Below are positions 10,780 to 21,120 of a stretch of DNA of 64,000 nucleotides, one piece after another (the first letter of the stretch is position 1; each line of letters starts with the position of its first letter). The DNA is taken from assembly GCA_937996685.1 (NCBI GenBank), contig CALKUP010000001.1, forward strand, positions 117,571-181,570, given 5' to 3'. Below the pieces are notes generated by a model, which was not told where the DNA came from, ran no database searches, and saw only the letters and a list, made by a program, of their open reading frames with translations. Position numbers and translations under genes: made by a program. Source of the stretch: an uncultured bacterium (GTDB lineage Bacteria > Patescibacteriota > Patescibacteriia > UBA9570 > XYC2-FULL-38-9).

Positions 10780-12609
10780 ATGAGTACATTTGAACAGCGA
10801 CGAGCGACACCAGTTGGTGAGTCTGCGTCATCTCCTGAAGCGGTTGTTGCTATTCAAAAAGGTTTGCAGCAAGTGCGTGAGATTGAAAAAGCGATTATTG
10901 ATGCGCGGACAGAGGATCAAACAAGTGATATTTCAGGTTTTGCGACTGAATTAGAATCAATCGCCGAAACAGCCGAGAGTCTCTTTGTGTCTGTGGCAGC
11001 TCGTGGGGCATTAGAGCATGTGGTTGCAAATGATATCCCAGCGCTCCGTTTTTTATATTTTAATGCAGGGGACCGAAAGGGGAAATTTCTTGCGACGGCC
11101 AGTGATTATCAAGGTCTTGCGGAGGAGGGTGTGGTTGTTGGAGGAATGTATAATGGCGCAACAGAAGCGTATACGTTGAAAACGTTATTCGATGATCCGC
11201 GTGTGTTGCCGTTTCAAGGCGATCGCTCAACTGAAGAGTGTGTGTTATTGTTTCAAGAAATGCAGCGCCCATTGGTTCGTCGATATCTCGAGAGTCAATT
11301 GAATGTGCGGTTTGCTGATTTGAATGTGCGCGCGCAGTTGCAATGTATTGAGTATTTAGTGAGTGGTGACCGGCAGCTCATAGAAGCACTGTCAACAATT
11401 ACACATCGAGACGGTCTTGAAGCCGCTCAGTTTTTGCAATTATTTTTTTCTTTAACAGAAAGTGTTGCCATGGCTGTGCCGATTATTGAGGCTGGCAGAA
11501 CACTTCCAGTGTCAGAATTGAATGACATTGCCCGCGGATATAACGGTGCAATGCGTGGAATTGAAGCGATTGAACAACGGATTTCCGATGCAATGCATCT
11601 GAAAAATCAGGCAGATGCTTCTGCTGTTGACCGAGTTGATACACGACGTGTTGCGCAGGCTTGGGTGCGTCGTGCAAATCGAGCTCTGCAAAAAAGCTTG
11701 GGAGAACCGGCGCATGTGACGCAGTTATTTCAAGGGATTGAGCGTGATGCCTTCTTTTTTTCAGCACTGCTCACTGAAACACTAAAGCAACAAGCTGGTG
11801 ATTTTTCTTTTGAAGATTTTGTCGGTGTTTCATATGAGCAAATTGATGGCGCAGTTCTTGCGGCAGACGAGATGGGTCTCCGAGATCAATGTCTCGCGAT
11901 TGCTCGAGAGCATTACGCGAAAGCGTCACCAGCGCTGGTTGAGCGATTGCAAGCATTATTATTTCCGCAAGACGAAGCAGGTCAGACGCGTCTCGAACAA
12001 AATCAATTTTCATTTGTGTTACGCAACGGCCGGCTTGAAGCCTTTTTGAGAGCGCAGCCAGCAGCGGATGAGAGTGTGTTTGTCGCAGCGCTGCAAGTGC
12101 ATCCGACGCTCCAAGGTGCGGGCGTTGGCGAAGCACTGCTTGATCGAACAGTTGTGCAATTTGCGAAAGAGCGGCTGGTTCGCGGAACCGTTGTTCCTGA
12201 AATCCAAGCAGGTGTGCATTATGTTGAAACGCTCGGCAATACATTAACTGGTTTTACTGAACCACAGGCAACCGGAACGCCATACGGGTGGTTCACAATG
12301 GAGTTAGATTTACGGCCAGATGCCGCTCGCTATGTATTGCAGTCACCTGAAAAAACATCAGATGTATTAGAGGCTGAATCACGTATCAATCTTGATGAGG
12401 ACGCGATCGCAGACATTCTTACAGAGCGTCCGCAGTATGTTGTGATGCAATACGCAATGCAAACTCCAGAAGATATTCGTGTAATGACAGATCGTGTGCG
12501 GCAGATGTTAGAGACAGGGGAATATCGTGTTGTGCGGATGTTTGGGAGCGCTGCAGATGCAACGCAACGGCTATACGGATTTGAGCGTGTCCCACAAAGC
12601 GAGAAATAG
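10780..12609 (+). CDS. Hypothetical protein. The start is probably the second in-frame Met, MSTFEQ.
   Basis: 609-625-aa ORF with AT-rich native codon usage and no recognisable motifs. Its 3' end overlaps the convergent gene 12571..13383 by 39 nt. Confidence 0.5.
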   Translation: MSTFEQRRATPVGESASSPEAVVAIQKGLQQVREIEKAIIDARTEDQTSDISGFATELESIAETAESLFVSVAARGALEHVVANDIPALRFLYFNAGDRKGKFLATASDYQGLAEEGVVVGGMYNGATEAYTLKTLFDDPRVLPFQGDRSTEECVLLFQEMQRPLVRRYLESQLNVRFADLNVRAQLQCIEYLVSGDRQLIEALSTITHRDGLEAAQFLQLFFSLTESVAMAVPIIEAGRTLPVSELNDIARGYNGAMRGIEAIEQRISDAMHLKNQADASAVDRVDTRRVAQAWVRRANRALQKSLGEPAHVTQLFQGIERDAFFFSALLTETLKQQAGDFSFEDFVGVSYEQIDGAVLAADEMGLRDQCLAIAREHYAKASPALVERLQALLFPQDEAGQTRLEQNQFSFVLRNGRLEAFLRAQPAADESVFVAALQVHPTLQGAGVGEALLDRTVVQFAKERLVRGTVVPEIQAGVHYVETLGNTLTGFTEPQATGTPYGWFTMELDLRPDAARYVLQSPEKTSDVLEAESRINLDEDAIADILTERPQYVVMQYAMQTPEDIRVMTDRVRQMLETGEYRVVRMFGSAADATQRLYGFERVPQSEK

Positions 12610-13383
12610 CGATTTGTGCATTTGCGCGATATGTTCGTGGTGAATCATTGCCGCGGCTGGGGTGTTCGTGTGCAAAACATAAAATGCAACTGTGTCGTTG
12701 TAAATTTCAACTGGTGTGACAAACGGGTATTTTTCCGCGTCTAAAAATTTGCAGGTCGTGTATTCTGGGTTGATTTGTTTCGCGAGCTCTCGAGATTCTG
12801 GCGTGTCTGTGAAAATAATATATTTATGAATCTTCTTCGCAATGCGTTGTTTCATATATTCCGCATTCAGCTCCTCAGCAAAGGCGTTAATGGTTTGGCT
12901 ATTCGCAAAGGTGTAAATAGTATCTTTGGCTTGGAGTGAATCAAAGAGCGCTTCTTTCATTTGCTCTGGGCCTTCATAAAACCGCATGCCTGGTTTTCCG
13001 AGGAGGGTATTGTAATTTCCGGTCAGCTCCCGAATCGTTTCATTCATTTCGCGCACTTGCAGAGCAGTGGACCGTTCTTTTTCTGTAATAAGAGCTGCGA
13101 GATTTTGCGGATGACTACTGCGGTAATAGGCGACACGCCCATCTTTTCGGTGCTCAACTAACCGTTTGGCGCTGAGTTTTTGCAAGGCATCATAAATATT
13201 CGCACGACTCAAAGCAGTCGCTTTTTGTATATTCGGAACAGTGAGCTCGCCCTTATCTTGGAGGAGGAGATAGATAGTGGTTTCCGCAGACGAGAACCCG
13301 AATTCCGTTAAAATAGTGATTGTAGATAGCATAGAATGGAGTATAGCAGAATAATCTTGATTTGTCCAATAATTATCAGACAA
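12571..13383 (-). CDS. TrmB-like HTH transcriptional regulator.
   Basis: The N-terminal winged-HTH region (LLQDKGELTVPNIQKATALSRANIYDALQKLSAKRLVEHRKDGRVAYY) looks like TrmB/ArsR-type regulators. 270 aa. Confidence 0.55.
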   Translation of the reverse strand: MSDNYWTNQDYSAILHSMLSTITILTEFGFSSAETTIYLLLQDKGELTVPNIQKATALSRANIYDALQKLSAKRLVEHRKDGRVAYYRSSHPQNLAALITEKERSTALQVREMNETIRELTGNYNTLLGKPGMRFYEGPEQMKEALFDSLQAKDTIYTFANSQTINAFAEELNAEYMKQRIAKKIHKYIIFTDTPESRELAKQINPEYTTCKFLDAEKYPFVTPVEIYNDTVAFYVLHTNTPAAAMIHHEHIAQMHKSLFLALWDTLKSV

Positions 13384-13442
13384 ATGATTGCTTTAATATT
13401 AGCAAAATATATCAAATATATACACATCTGTCGACAATAGTA

Positions 13443-13471
13443 TTGACAAATTCATCATATCTTGTCATACT
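13443..13471 (+). promoter_or_regulatory. Candidate promoter (TTGACA-17-CATACT) reading toward GC island B.
   Basis: ttgaca at 13443-13448, a 17-nt spacer, and catact at 13466-13471. Confidence 0.35.
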
Positions 13472-13536
13472 ACGTAGTCTTGTGAATCACGGTTTACAAG
13501 ATTGCACATTTCAATAAGAACAGTTTTGTCAAAAAG

Positions 13537-13585
13537 GTTGCAGGACAGAAGTTGGTGACGCTCACCATTTTCCGCCCTGCAACCT
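13537..13585 (+). other. Nested inverted-repeat structure (ggttgcagg...cctgcaacc enclosing ggtgacgctcacc) in the 5' UTR of the island-B gene.
   Basis: Outer 9-bp arms lie at 13537-13545 and 13577-13585. An inner palindrome GGTGA-CGC-TCACC sits between them. It is about 35 nt upstream of the GGAGG/ATG at 13621. Confidence 0.4.
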
Positions 13586-13620
13586 GATGTCTCAGGCTCT
13601 GTATGGGATTTGGAGGTCAC

Positions 13621-14025
13621 ATGACCAACACCGCCACCCCGATGTCCGCATTTGAGACCGTCAGCACCACCGAGGCGCCCGCGTGCGCGTCGCATCCCTT
13701 GACCGAGGGGGTGGTCCCCCACAACGCCAGCCCGCGCGAGCGCGCGTGGGCGGACTGGGTTCTCACCCAGGCCTTCCGCGCGGAGTTCCCGGCCGAAAAG
13801 GGCTGCGGGCAGGGCTACATGAAGAACTTGGGAAATCCCGGGTCGCGCGCGGTTCCGACAAGTGTCCGGACCGTATCTTCCCCGGGCATGACGCAGATCC
13901 GCCTGCTGACGGCGGAAGAGGTCGCTGTCCTGCGTGTCATCTGTGACATGCACGGTTACCCCAGCACCTCAACCAAGGTGCTGGACCCGGGCACCGAAGA
14001 CGCTCGGATCGAGATCCACTACTAG
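13621..14025 (+). CDS. Hypothetical protein in GC-rich island B. The start at the Met preceded by GGAGG is preferred over 13603.
   Basis: ggaggtcacATG gives GGAGG at spacing 4. Its GC-rich codons are unlike the flanking genes. The antisense ORF 13465..13953 is considered a GC artefact. Confidence 0.4.
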   Translation: MTNTATPMSAFETVSTTEAPACASHPLTEGVVPHNASPRERAWADWVLTQAFRAEFPAEKGCGQGYMKNLGNPGSRAVPTSVRTVSSPGMTQIRLLTAEEVAVLRVICDMHGYPSTSTKVLDPGTEDARIEIHY

Positions 14026-14322
14026 GATCTCCGAGCCCGGAGTAGACATCTCCGGATAACGAAACAAAACTGTCTCAATCGGTCGGCGGCGCAATTCTTC
14101 GGAATTCGCGTCGCTGACCTCTTCTTCTTTGCGCAGCTTGTGATCGTTGTAACACAAGGTGAATAAAGAAGCGGAAATTCCGCTGTACTTCTCCGTCTAG
14201 ATTTTTTCAGACAGAAGATATACCTAATATTAGTAATAAAAAATATTTTTTATACACACCGTTATATGCGTGTACGATGATATTTTGTATACTAACGGTT
14301 ATACATTAGTAAGATACTTTTT

Positions 14323-16710
14323 ATGTCAGAAAAAAGCCTCTGGATGCATAAATCAAATAGTCAAGGTAGAAATAATCACGATAAAAAAATCATTTCAGAG
14401 CAAATAGACTCAATTGATATAGATAGTGAGATAGTTACAGAGTCAACACGTTTTGCTCAAATGTTACTAGATGATCAAGGTTCTGATATTGTTACGGCGC
14501 TTGAAAAAAGTGGCGTATCTGCATCAGATATAGAGCTTGTTTTTTCTCTTTTAGTAAGTCGTTCAGATGAGGCCATGGTTTCCTGGGGTTACGGAGACGA
14601 TGTAGAAAAGCGCCCCCTGTCTGATTTGTCTCAGCGTGATTTTTATCGAGCTCAAAATTTTAATTACAGGTTAGGCAAAATATTAAAATTATTAGCACTA
14701 CAAGGTAAAATTAATATACAAAGAGTATTATTGGATGTTTTTGATAGTGTAGATGCAAAAAATGAGGAAAAAACAAGTGTCATGTCTTTTGTGGATAGCC
14801 AACTTGATCCTGATGTTCAGTCTGACGAGAGTACAATAATTTTTTTTGAAAGTATTAAGGGGCAATTTTATTCAGATGTTCTCACGGTGTTATTGGCAAA
14901 GCATGATTACAATTTCATATTAAAATATGAAAGTACATTGTCATTATCAAGCGCGCAAATTTCTTTTTGCATTGACCAGATGGTCGCCAATGGTGAATTG
15001 ACGCAGCTGATTGAGCTTGCTCGTTATCGTCATATTGGTCAAGCATTTATTACAACTTTTAAAGAAAATGTTTTAGAAAAATTATCAATAGAGCAATATA
15101 TTGCATTATTAGAGCCTGAAGACAATTACGTTGTGCCGTACTATTTTCTTGACGAAGAAAAAATAATGCAACACCAATTTACTGATACTCCAAAAGATCG
15201 TGATCTTATAAAAAAGATTTTATATGTTTCAAGCGATCTTTCAGAAGCTTGTGTTCAGTATTTAGCACGACAATTATCAATTTTTGATCACGTTGCTGAT
15301 TCTCCCTTTTTTGTTAAAAGTAATATAGTCCGTGTCATTCAACAAGTTGATTTAAGTCGGCCAATTTTTACAGAACACCCAGATGAGGCAATGAATATAA
15401 TTCTTCAATTTCCTTGGTTGCAGGCTGATGGTAATGGAGAAACAGAATGGGAAAAAATGCCTATTGGACTACCTGAAGAACGTCAGGCTACGCTGAACAT
15501 GCTTTTACAAAAAGTACCAACAGACCATCAAGAGGCATTTATAAAGCGCTTTAATGAACAAGGTATAACTGATGGCCAGATGAAGTCTTGGCTTGGCCGC
15601 CGCGCTTTTAAAGCGCCTGATGAGTGGACTGAGGCGGTTATAGGTGATTTAATGTTTACTCGTTTGCAAAACCGATTTAGTCACAATATTCATGATGCGT
15701 CTTATTTTTTGTCCCATTTTCAAGCGCCTGAATCCTTAAAAGGAGATGATTCCGAGATCGTAAAAAAGCGAAAAAGTTATAATGCGACAGCTCAAAGGTG
15801 GTTAAAAAATAATATCTCAACACCTGCTGAGACTTTGGTATTAGCTTGGCAAAACCGTGATGCAGCTCTAGTAGATGGTTGCGCTGACAATCCTTCTGCA
15901 ATTATTCTATGGACAAAAGCGAATGCGGTGCGTCGTGTGTTAGATGGATTCAGTTTTGATGAAGCACCAAATCGTTCTGTTATAGAAGCTTTTTTAATTG
16001 AAACAGTACGTCAGACGTCGCCAGAAAAGGCAGTTGATATCTTCAGGAGAATTCAACTAGCGCATAATATTGAAGCGTTATTACGTCCGGTTAGGATTGA
16101 TCTTGGAAATGGGTATATCGGTGAGATTTTTCGAAAAGATGATCCTCGAGGGACAACAATTGGCGCTGATACGGGGTGTTGTATGTCAGTTGGAGGAGCG
16201 TCTGAAAGTTGTATTATCGCTGGCTACACAGATCCTCGCTATGGTTTTTTTGGACTATATCGTCAAGGAGAGTTAATTGCGCAGTCTTTTTTATACACAA
16301 ATCCAGAACAAGCTCCTGGTGTGCTTGTGTGCGACAATATTGAAGCTAATAAAGCTCGGGATCTGAAAAAAATACTCGATTTGTATCAAAAATTTTTCAC
16401 ACTGTATGGAGCGGCGAGTCCCGTCTCTTTTTCTCAGATATATGTTGGAGAAGGTTATTCATCTATTGGGTTGCATGATTTGTCGGAAGTAGATAGGTTA
16501 AAGCGCTCAATGTCTCCTTTGCCAATTTATACTGATGCTGAAAAGCAACGATTGTTAGCGTCGGTGCAAATCACTCCATCCCAGGCTAGTGAGTCTATTC
16601 AATGGCTGGACAGTGATCCTGTTGCCCGATTTAATACGGGTCCAATAGCGATAGATTGGGAGGCGGATGACGATGAGGATGAGGACGGAGACGATGATGA
16701 TGGTTTTTAA
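14323..16710 (+). CDS. Large hypothetical protein with a poly-acidic C-terminus.
   Basis: 795 aa, native AT-rich codon usage, no SD. It ends EADDDEDEDGDDDDGF. No Walker motif and no known catalytic motif were seen. Confidence 0.55.
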   Translation: MSEKSLWMHKSNSQGRNNHDKKIISEQIDSIDIDSEIVTESTRFAQMLLDDQGSDIVTALEKSGVSASDIELVFSLLVSRSDEAMVSWGYGDDVEKRPLSDLSQRDFYRAQNFNYRLGKILKLLALQGKINIQRVLLDVFDSVDAKNEEKTSVMSFVDSQLDPDVQSDESTIIFFESIKGQFYSDVLTVLLAKHDYNFILKYESTLSLSSAQISFCIDQMVANGELTQLIELARYRHIGQAFITTFKENVLEKLSIEQYIALLEPEDNYVVPYYFLDEEKIMQHQFTDTPKDRDLIKKILYVSSDLSEACVQYLARQLSIFDHVADSPFFVKSNIVRVIQQVDLSRPIFTEHPDEAMNIILQFPWLQADGNGETEWEKMPIGLPEERQATLNMLLQKVPTDHQEAFIKRFNEQGITDGQMKSWLGRRAFKAPDEWTEAVIGDLMFTRLQNRFSHNIHDASYFLSHFQAPESLKGDDSEIVKKRKSYNATAQRWLKNNISTPAETLVLAWQNRDAALVDGCADNPSAIILWTKANAVRRVLDGFSFDEAPNRSVIEAFLIETVRQTSPEKAVDIFRRIQLAHNIEALLRPVRIDLGNGYIGEIFRKDDPRGTTIGADTGCCMSVGGASESCIIAGYTDPRYGFFGLYRQGELIAQSFLYTNPEQAPGVLVCDNIEANKARDLKKILDLYQKFFTLYGAASPVSFSQIYVGEGYSSIGLHDLSEVDRLKRSMSPLPIYTDAEKQRLLASVQITPSQASESIQWLDSDPVARFNTGPIAIDWEADDDEDEDGDDDDGF

Positions 16711-16718
16711 TTCTTTCT

Positions 16719-19163
16719 ATGCGTCGTAAAGTTTACGTACCAGAACAATTGATGCAAGAAAAAAAAGTAGAACCCCCAAAGGTATCTAGAGAATTGCATT
16801 TAGAGGTTTTAGATGCATTTCGAGCCCCGAATGATGCCGACTTTCAGCGTTTGTATGGAATGGCAGTAATTCATTCTGATAGGGCAAGAGTTGAGCAATT
16901 AGAAGCTATATTTGAAAAAAGATCATCGCTTGTAAGCTCGACGGAATTATTAATTCCAGATCAGATTGTTCGTGGAAACTTTTTTGGTTCCGATGCAGAT
17001 ATTGATACACGCTTAACTCATAGATATGATGACGTTGTCGCTGGTATTGATTTTTGGATGAATTTTAATTCATCTACCGAAGAGATTGAAAGTGGAAAAA
17101 TAATTGGCGTTGATGTTACAGCGAGTCCCCGTGAAATTGGTGGTAAATTAAGAAAAATAGAGTCACAGCTTCGTGCGGGGCACACTGCAACAATAAAATA
17201 CTTCGAATCACCTAAGGTGGATAAATTGGGCAGGTCGTATGTCCATCGTGGTAAGCAAGATGTAATTCGTTTAATTACTTCATTAGACCGCTTATTATGG
17301 TCTTCAATTGCTGAAAATCCGGAAAGCCTTGATGAGCACCCGTATAAGGCCATTGTGTTAGAACAGTTGTTGTTGCAGTTAGAAACATTGTTGGCGTATT
17401 CAGAAACTGTTAATCATCGAGAGTTTTTGCGTTATATAAAAGCAAGGAGCGCCCTTGAGACGGCCCTACAAAACACGGTCATTCCTAATGTGGACGAGAG
17501 CGATTTTAATAATAATCCTAGTTACACGCTCATGCGAACAGCCTTGATTGATGTTTTTGGTATTGATGTAATCGGAGAAGAGGGTGGCTTGTTGCTTCAA
17601 CGATATATGAAAAATCCAGTAGTGATTACACCTCCGGTTGCTGAGGCGCCTGGTTCTGAAATCAACACAACAACAGATTTAACGAAGGCTTATTCATTTG
17701 TTGGCATACAAGATATTCAGAAGCGAGTGCAGGCAAGTAAAACAACTGTGCTGCGGTATTTGCATGAGCTATTTAATGATGAAGATTTTTCTTCAGACGA
17801 AGAAGGCTCTCAAGCATTTCGTATACGGTCTGATATGGCGGACCAGCTTGTGGAGCGTATACAGAATTTAAGCACGGAGCTCCCGTTGCCTCCAGAAAAC
17901 TGGCAATCGATGCGCAGCGTCGCTGAAGGTCTTGGCTTGTCGCCGAATAGCTTGCGTCGGCATTTCCAGGCATTTATAAAATTTAGTGATTCTGCCCAAG
18001 TAATGGTAGCGAGAAACACAATGGGGCATGACGGCTTATTCTTTTCCCCAACTGCTGTAGAGCAAGTATTAAAGGCAAAGTTTTCTGGAATTAGTTTGCG
18101 GCCGCGTATTGAAAAGCCAGTTGATCCAATTTGGTACGATGTAGATCGTGTTGCTTTAGAATTAGGAGTGTCATGGATATTGGCAAAAAGTTTATTAGAG
18201 TGGTCTGTAGCTGAGCATCCAGAATGGAAAAAAGATAAAAAAACCGCCTCTCATAAAAAGGGTTACCCGGTTTATCATATTGATGCAGTTAATGAGGCAA
18301 AGGTCATTTTTGCAGACGAAGGATTTGGTCGAATTAAAAAATTAACTGATCAAGGCTACATGTCCAAGAGTCAGGTATGTGCGTTACTGAATATAAGTTC
18401 ATTTAGTGAATTTCAAAATGACTTTTTTCCAGATGATGTAAATGCTGTTGTCGTTGTACGTAGTGGATATAAGGCAGAGCAAAAAAATTTGATTTTTTGT
18501 GCGCCATACTTCATTGAAGCTCTTCTTGCAGAAATTGAAAAGCCAATTCCAGAAGGATATGCTTTGGAATCTAGCATTGCTTCTAAAAGAGGAAAGCGTA
18601 CGATACCAGATACTATTATTGGTAGGTTAATTACAGAAATGATTGAGGCTGGCGTGTCACAAGATGATATTTATGTTGAAAGATATTCAAGGCCAGGAGG
18701 GTTGGGGGGTGAAAGCACAAGAAAAACACGGTATTATGCGCCTGCATTTGAAAGTCGTTATATTATGCATGACCAACAAAATGAAATTCCAACTGGTTAT
18801 CAAAATGTGACGGATTTTTATAGTCGATACCATTTAGGAAGAAAGGAAGTAAAAGAGCATGCGGATCGTATTGCCGTTTCAATAGGAGATCAATGTATTT
18901 ATAAGGTGACAAAAGGGAAGATGGTGTATGCTTTTTATGCCCCAGAAGTCGTGGCAGCTTTAGACAAAATTTTACCCCCTGCAAATTGGTATACTACAGC
19001 AGAAGCTGCTAGTCTTTTAGGTTTAGAGAATAAAAAATTGCTTTATAATTTACGTGATAGCTTAATGAGTCTTGATGATAAATCTGTCCGATATTTAGGT
19101 TCAGCTACAAAGCGAGCGTGGTTTTTTTCACCAGAATTTATTAATACTTTAAAAAAATCTTGA
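16719..19163 (+). CDS. Large hypothetical protein.
   Basis: 814 aa. It lies 9 nt downstream of the previous gene, so it is probably co-transcribed. No family was recognised. Confidence 0.55.
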   Translation: MRRKVYVPEQLMQEKKVEPPKVSRELHLEVLDAFRAPNDADFQRLYGMAVIHSDRARVEQLEAIFEKRSSLVSSTELLIPDQIVRGNFFGSDADIDTRLTHRYDDVVAGIDFWMNFNSSTEEIESGKIIGVDVTASPREIGGKLRKIESQLRAGHTATIKYFESPKVDKLGRSYVHRGKQDVIRLITSLDRLLWSSIAENPESLDEHPYKAIVLEQLLLQLETLLAYSETVNHREFLRYIKARSALETALQNTVIPNVDESDFNNNPSYTLMRTALIDVFGIDVIGEEGGLLLQRYMKNPVVITPPVAEAPGSEINTTTDLTKAYSFVGIQDIQKRVQASKTTVLRYLHELFNDEDFSSDEEGSQAFRIRSDMADQLVERIQNLSTELPLPPENWQSMRSVAEGLGLSPNSLRRHFQAFIKFSDSAQVMVARNTMGHDGLFFSPTAVEQVLKAKFSGISLRPRIEKPVDPIWYDVDRVALELGVSWILAKSLLEWSVAEHPEWKKDKKTASHKKGYPVYHIDAVNEAKVIFADEGFGRIKKLTDQGYMSKSQVCALLNISSFSEFQNDFFPDDVNAVVVVRSGYKAEQKNLIFCAPYFIEALLAEIEKPIPEGYALESSIASKRGKRTIPDTIIGRLITEMIEAGVSQDDIYVERYSRPGGLGGESTRKTRYYAPAFESRYIMHDQQNEIPTGYQNVTDFYSRYHLGRKEVKEHADRIAVSIGDQCIYKVTKGKMVYAFYAPEVVAALDKILPPANWYTTAEAASLLGLENKKLLYNLRDSLMSLDDKSVRYLGSATKRAWFFSPEFINTLKKS

Positions 19164-19422
19164 TTGATATACTCACAGTTTTGGTGCTTTCGTTGTCGCC
19201 AGCCTCATTGAAGAGGTGCTTGGAACCATCTAATATCACTTAATAATCTATTGACGCATTGCTGCTTTTGTGGCACTGTATTGAGCTTTCTTGCCGCAAG
19301 CAGGAAAGGTGTTCTTTGTCATGATATTTGATCAGGTTCGTGAAGATTGAGAAAAAGTTTCTTTGTTTTCGCGAGCCTGATCAATCCACATGAAGTGGAG
19401 AATATGGCTTATGGAGTTTCCT

Positions 19423-19806
19423 ATGCGCACTGTTTCCTTCCTTGAGCGCCATGATCGCAAGCTTCTCAGCCTCGAAGATCGGCAGTACCTGAGCCAGGTG
19501 TATGAAAATACAAGTACCGCTAGCGATGATTTTTTGCTCGGTTGTATACAGGCTGCGGCTGAAAAGAACGGCCTTAGTTTTGAGCAGGCGGTTGATGTCT
19601 TTGACCGGATAGTTGCCTGGTATAATTACGTAAACATCGACGGGGATGAGCTTGCTCAGATGATCGGAGGTGACATCCTGCGCCTTCTCCGAGAATCTGA
19701 ACAGGAACTCAAGGAGGAAGCCACTACCCTGCGGTGTGTCTTCGGCATGTTCGGCATCTGCGTCGTGTTGTTTGTCGTTTGGTTCATCCGGGTGGTGATT
19801 GGCTAG
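19423..19806 (+). CDS. Small C-terminally membrane-anchored hypothetical protein in the moderately GC-rich island C. The alternative ORF-track start is 19390.
   Basis: GGAG lies 6 nt before the ATG at 19423. The hydrophobic C-terminus is VFGMFGICVVLFVVWFIRVVIG. A near-coextensive antisense ORF (19381..19827, GTG start, no SD) is judged less likely. Confidence 0.35.
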   Translation: MRTVSFLERHDRKLLSLEDRQYLSQVYENTSTASDDFLLGCIQAAAEKNGLSFEQAVDVFDRIVAWYNYVNIDGDELAQMIGGDILRLLRESEQELKEEATTLRCVFGMFGICVVLFVVWFIRVVIG

Positions 19807-19865
19807 TTCCTGCTCGACTTGGTTCACGACGTTCCGCCGCCGCTCTAGACGAGAGCGCGACGCGG

Positions 19866-19909
19866 CAAAAAAAAGAAGAGGTTCGTTATTACAACGCGAC
19901 CTCTTCTTA
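19866..19909 (-). terminator. Rho-independent terminator for guaB (minus strand).
   Basis: A 10-bp stem aagaagaggt / acctcttctt is preceded on the plus strand by an A8 run, which is a T-run on the minus strand. Confidence 0.65.
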
Positions 19910-19952
19910 CATCTTCCATTGGACAGAGTGTAGTCTCTGTCTAGCGGATGGT

Positions 19953-21029
19953 TTATTTTTTGTAGTTACTGGAACTTTCGATCATTTTCAGTGAATGTGG
20001 ATGTGATTCCGCAAAGCCGGCTGAAGTAATTTGAATAAAGTCTGGTTTCGTTGCGAGCGCTTTCAAGTTTTTTGCGCCATTATATCCCATTCCAGCCCGC
20101 AGCCCGCCAGCGAGTTGAAAGACAACATCTCCAACTGCGCCTTTATAATCCGTGTATCCAACAATTCCTTCCGCAACAAGTTTCTTTTTGTCCGTTGTGT
20201 CTTTTTGTCCGTAGCGATCTTTTGAGCCCATTTCCATTGCGTCCGCTGAGCCCATGCCGCGATACATTTTCAGTTTTTTACCGTCTTTTGTGATTACTTC
20301 ACCAGGCGCTTCGTCTGTTCCAGCAAATAATCCACCCGCCATCACAACTGTTGCTCCAGCAGCGAGAGCTTTGACGATATCGCCACTATATTTAATTCCA
20401 CCGTCTGCGATAATCGGTGTCTTGGTTTTTTTTGCAGCAGCAACTGCGTCCATCACAGCAGTGAGTTGGGGAGCGCCAACACCAGCAATCACACGCGTTG
20501 TGCAAATCGATCCTGGGCCAACACCGACTTTTACAACGTCAGCACCAGCCGCGATCAAGGCTTTTGTCCCAGCTCCAGATGCAACGTTTCCTCCAACAAC
20601 AACGATCCTTTTCCCAAAGGCTTTTTTAATCCGCTTCACTTGGTTTAAAACTGATTGCGCATGACCGTGTGCTGAGTCAACAACAATCATCCGCGCTCCA
20701 GCTTCAACCAATAATTTCGCGCGTTCAAATTCTTCGTCGCCACCGCCAACACTGGCTGCGCCAATTAAGCCGTCTGCAACCAATTGCTTCACCATTCCGG
20801 CTTGTGTTTCTGCTGCCATGTTTTTGTGAATGACTCCAAGTCCGCCGAGCTCGCTCATCGCTTTTGCCATTGCGTATTCTGTGACCGTATCCATTGGCGC
20901 GCTCAAAAATGGCAGTTCAAGTTTGATGCCAGCGAGGTTCACGCGCAAATCAGTGTTGCGTGGGGAAACCTCAGAATAGCGGGGAATGAGGAGAACGTCG
21001 TCGTATGTAAGGCCGAGGCGAATTTGCAT
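19953..21029 (-). CDS. guaB: IMP dehydrogenase / GMP reductase family enzyme, probably a CBS-less IMPDH.
   Basis: 358 aa. It has the catalytic-loop signature [20 protein letters not shown] and the N-terminal motif [10 protein letters not shown]. It is divergent from guaA. Confidence 0.6.
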   Translation of the reverse strand: MQIRLGLTYDDVLLIPRYSEVSPRNTDLRVNLAGIKLELPFLSAPMDTVTEYAMAKAMSELGGLGVIHKNMAAETQAGMVKQLVADGLIGAASVGGGDEEFERAKLLVEAGARMIVVDSAHGHAQSVLNQVKRIKKAFGKRIVVVGGNVASGAGTKALIAAGADVVKVGVGPGSICTTRVIAGVGAPQLTAVMDAVAAAKKTKTPIIADGGIKYSGDIVKALAAGATVVMAGGLFAGTDEAPGEVITKDGKKLKMYRGMGSADAMEMGSKDRYGQKDTTDKKKLVAEGIVGYTDYKGAVGDVVFQLAGGLRAGMGYNGAKNLKALATKPDFIQITSAGFAESHPHSLKMIESSSNYKK

Positions 21030-21120
21030 AAGGGTAAAAATAAATAATTAACCATATTTTACAACATTTCCCGACTTTTTTCAAGGTTGATTTTTCAGGC
21101 ATTTCGGGTACACTACGGCT

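Noticed and set aside
13465-13953. Minus-strand 162-aa ORF and plus-strand 87-aa ORF overlap the island-B gene.
   Set aside because: These are GC-rich shadow frames with Arg/Gly/Pro-rich nonsense composition and no SD.
19164-19389. Intergenic 226 bp after the 814-aa gene, considered as a possible tRNA or sRNA.
   Set aside because: It contains GGTTCG but no acceptor or anticodon-stem complementarity. Nothing here supports a call.
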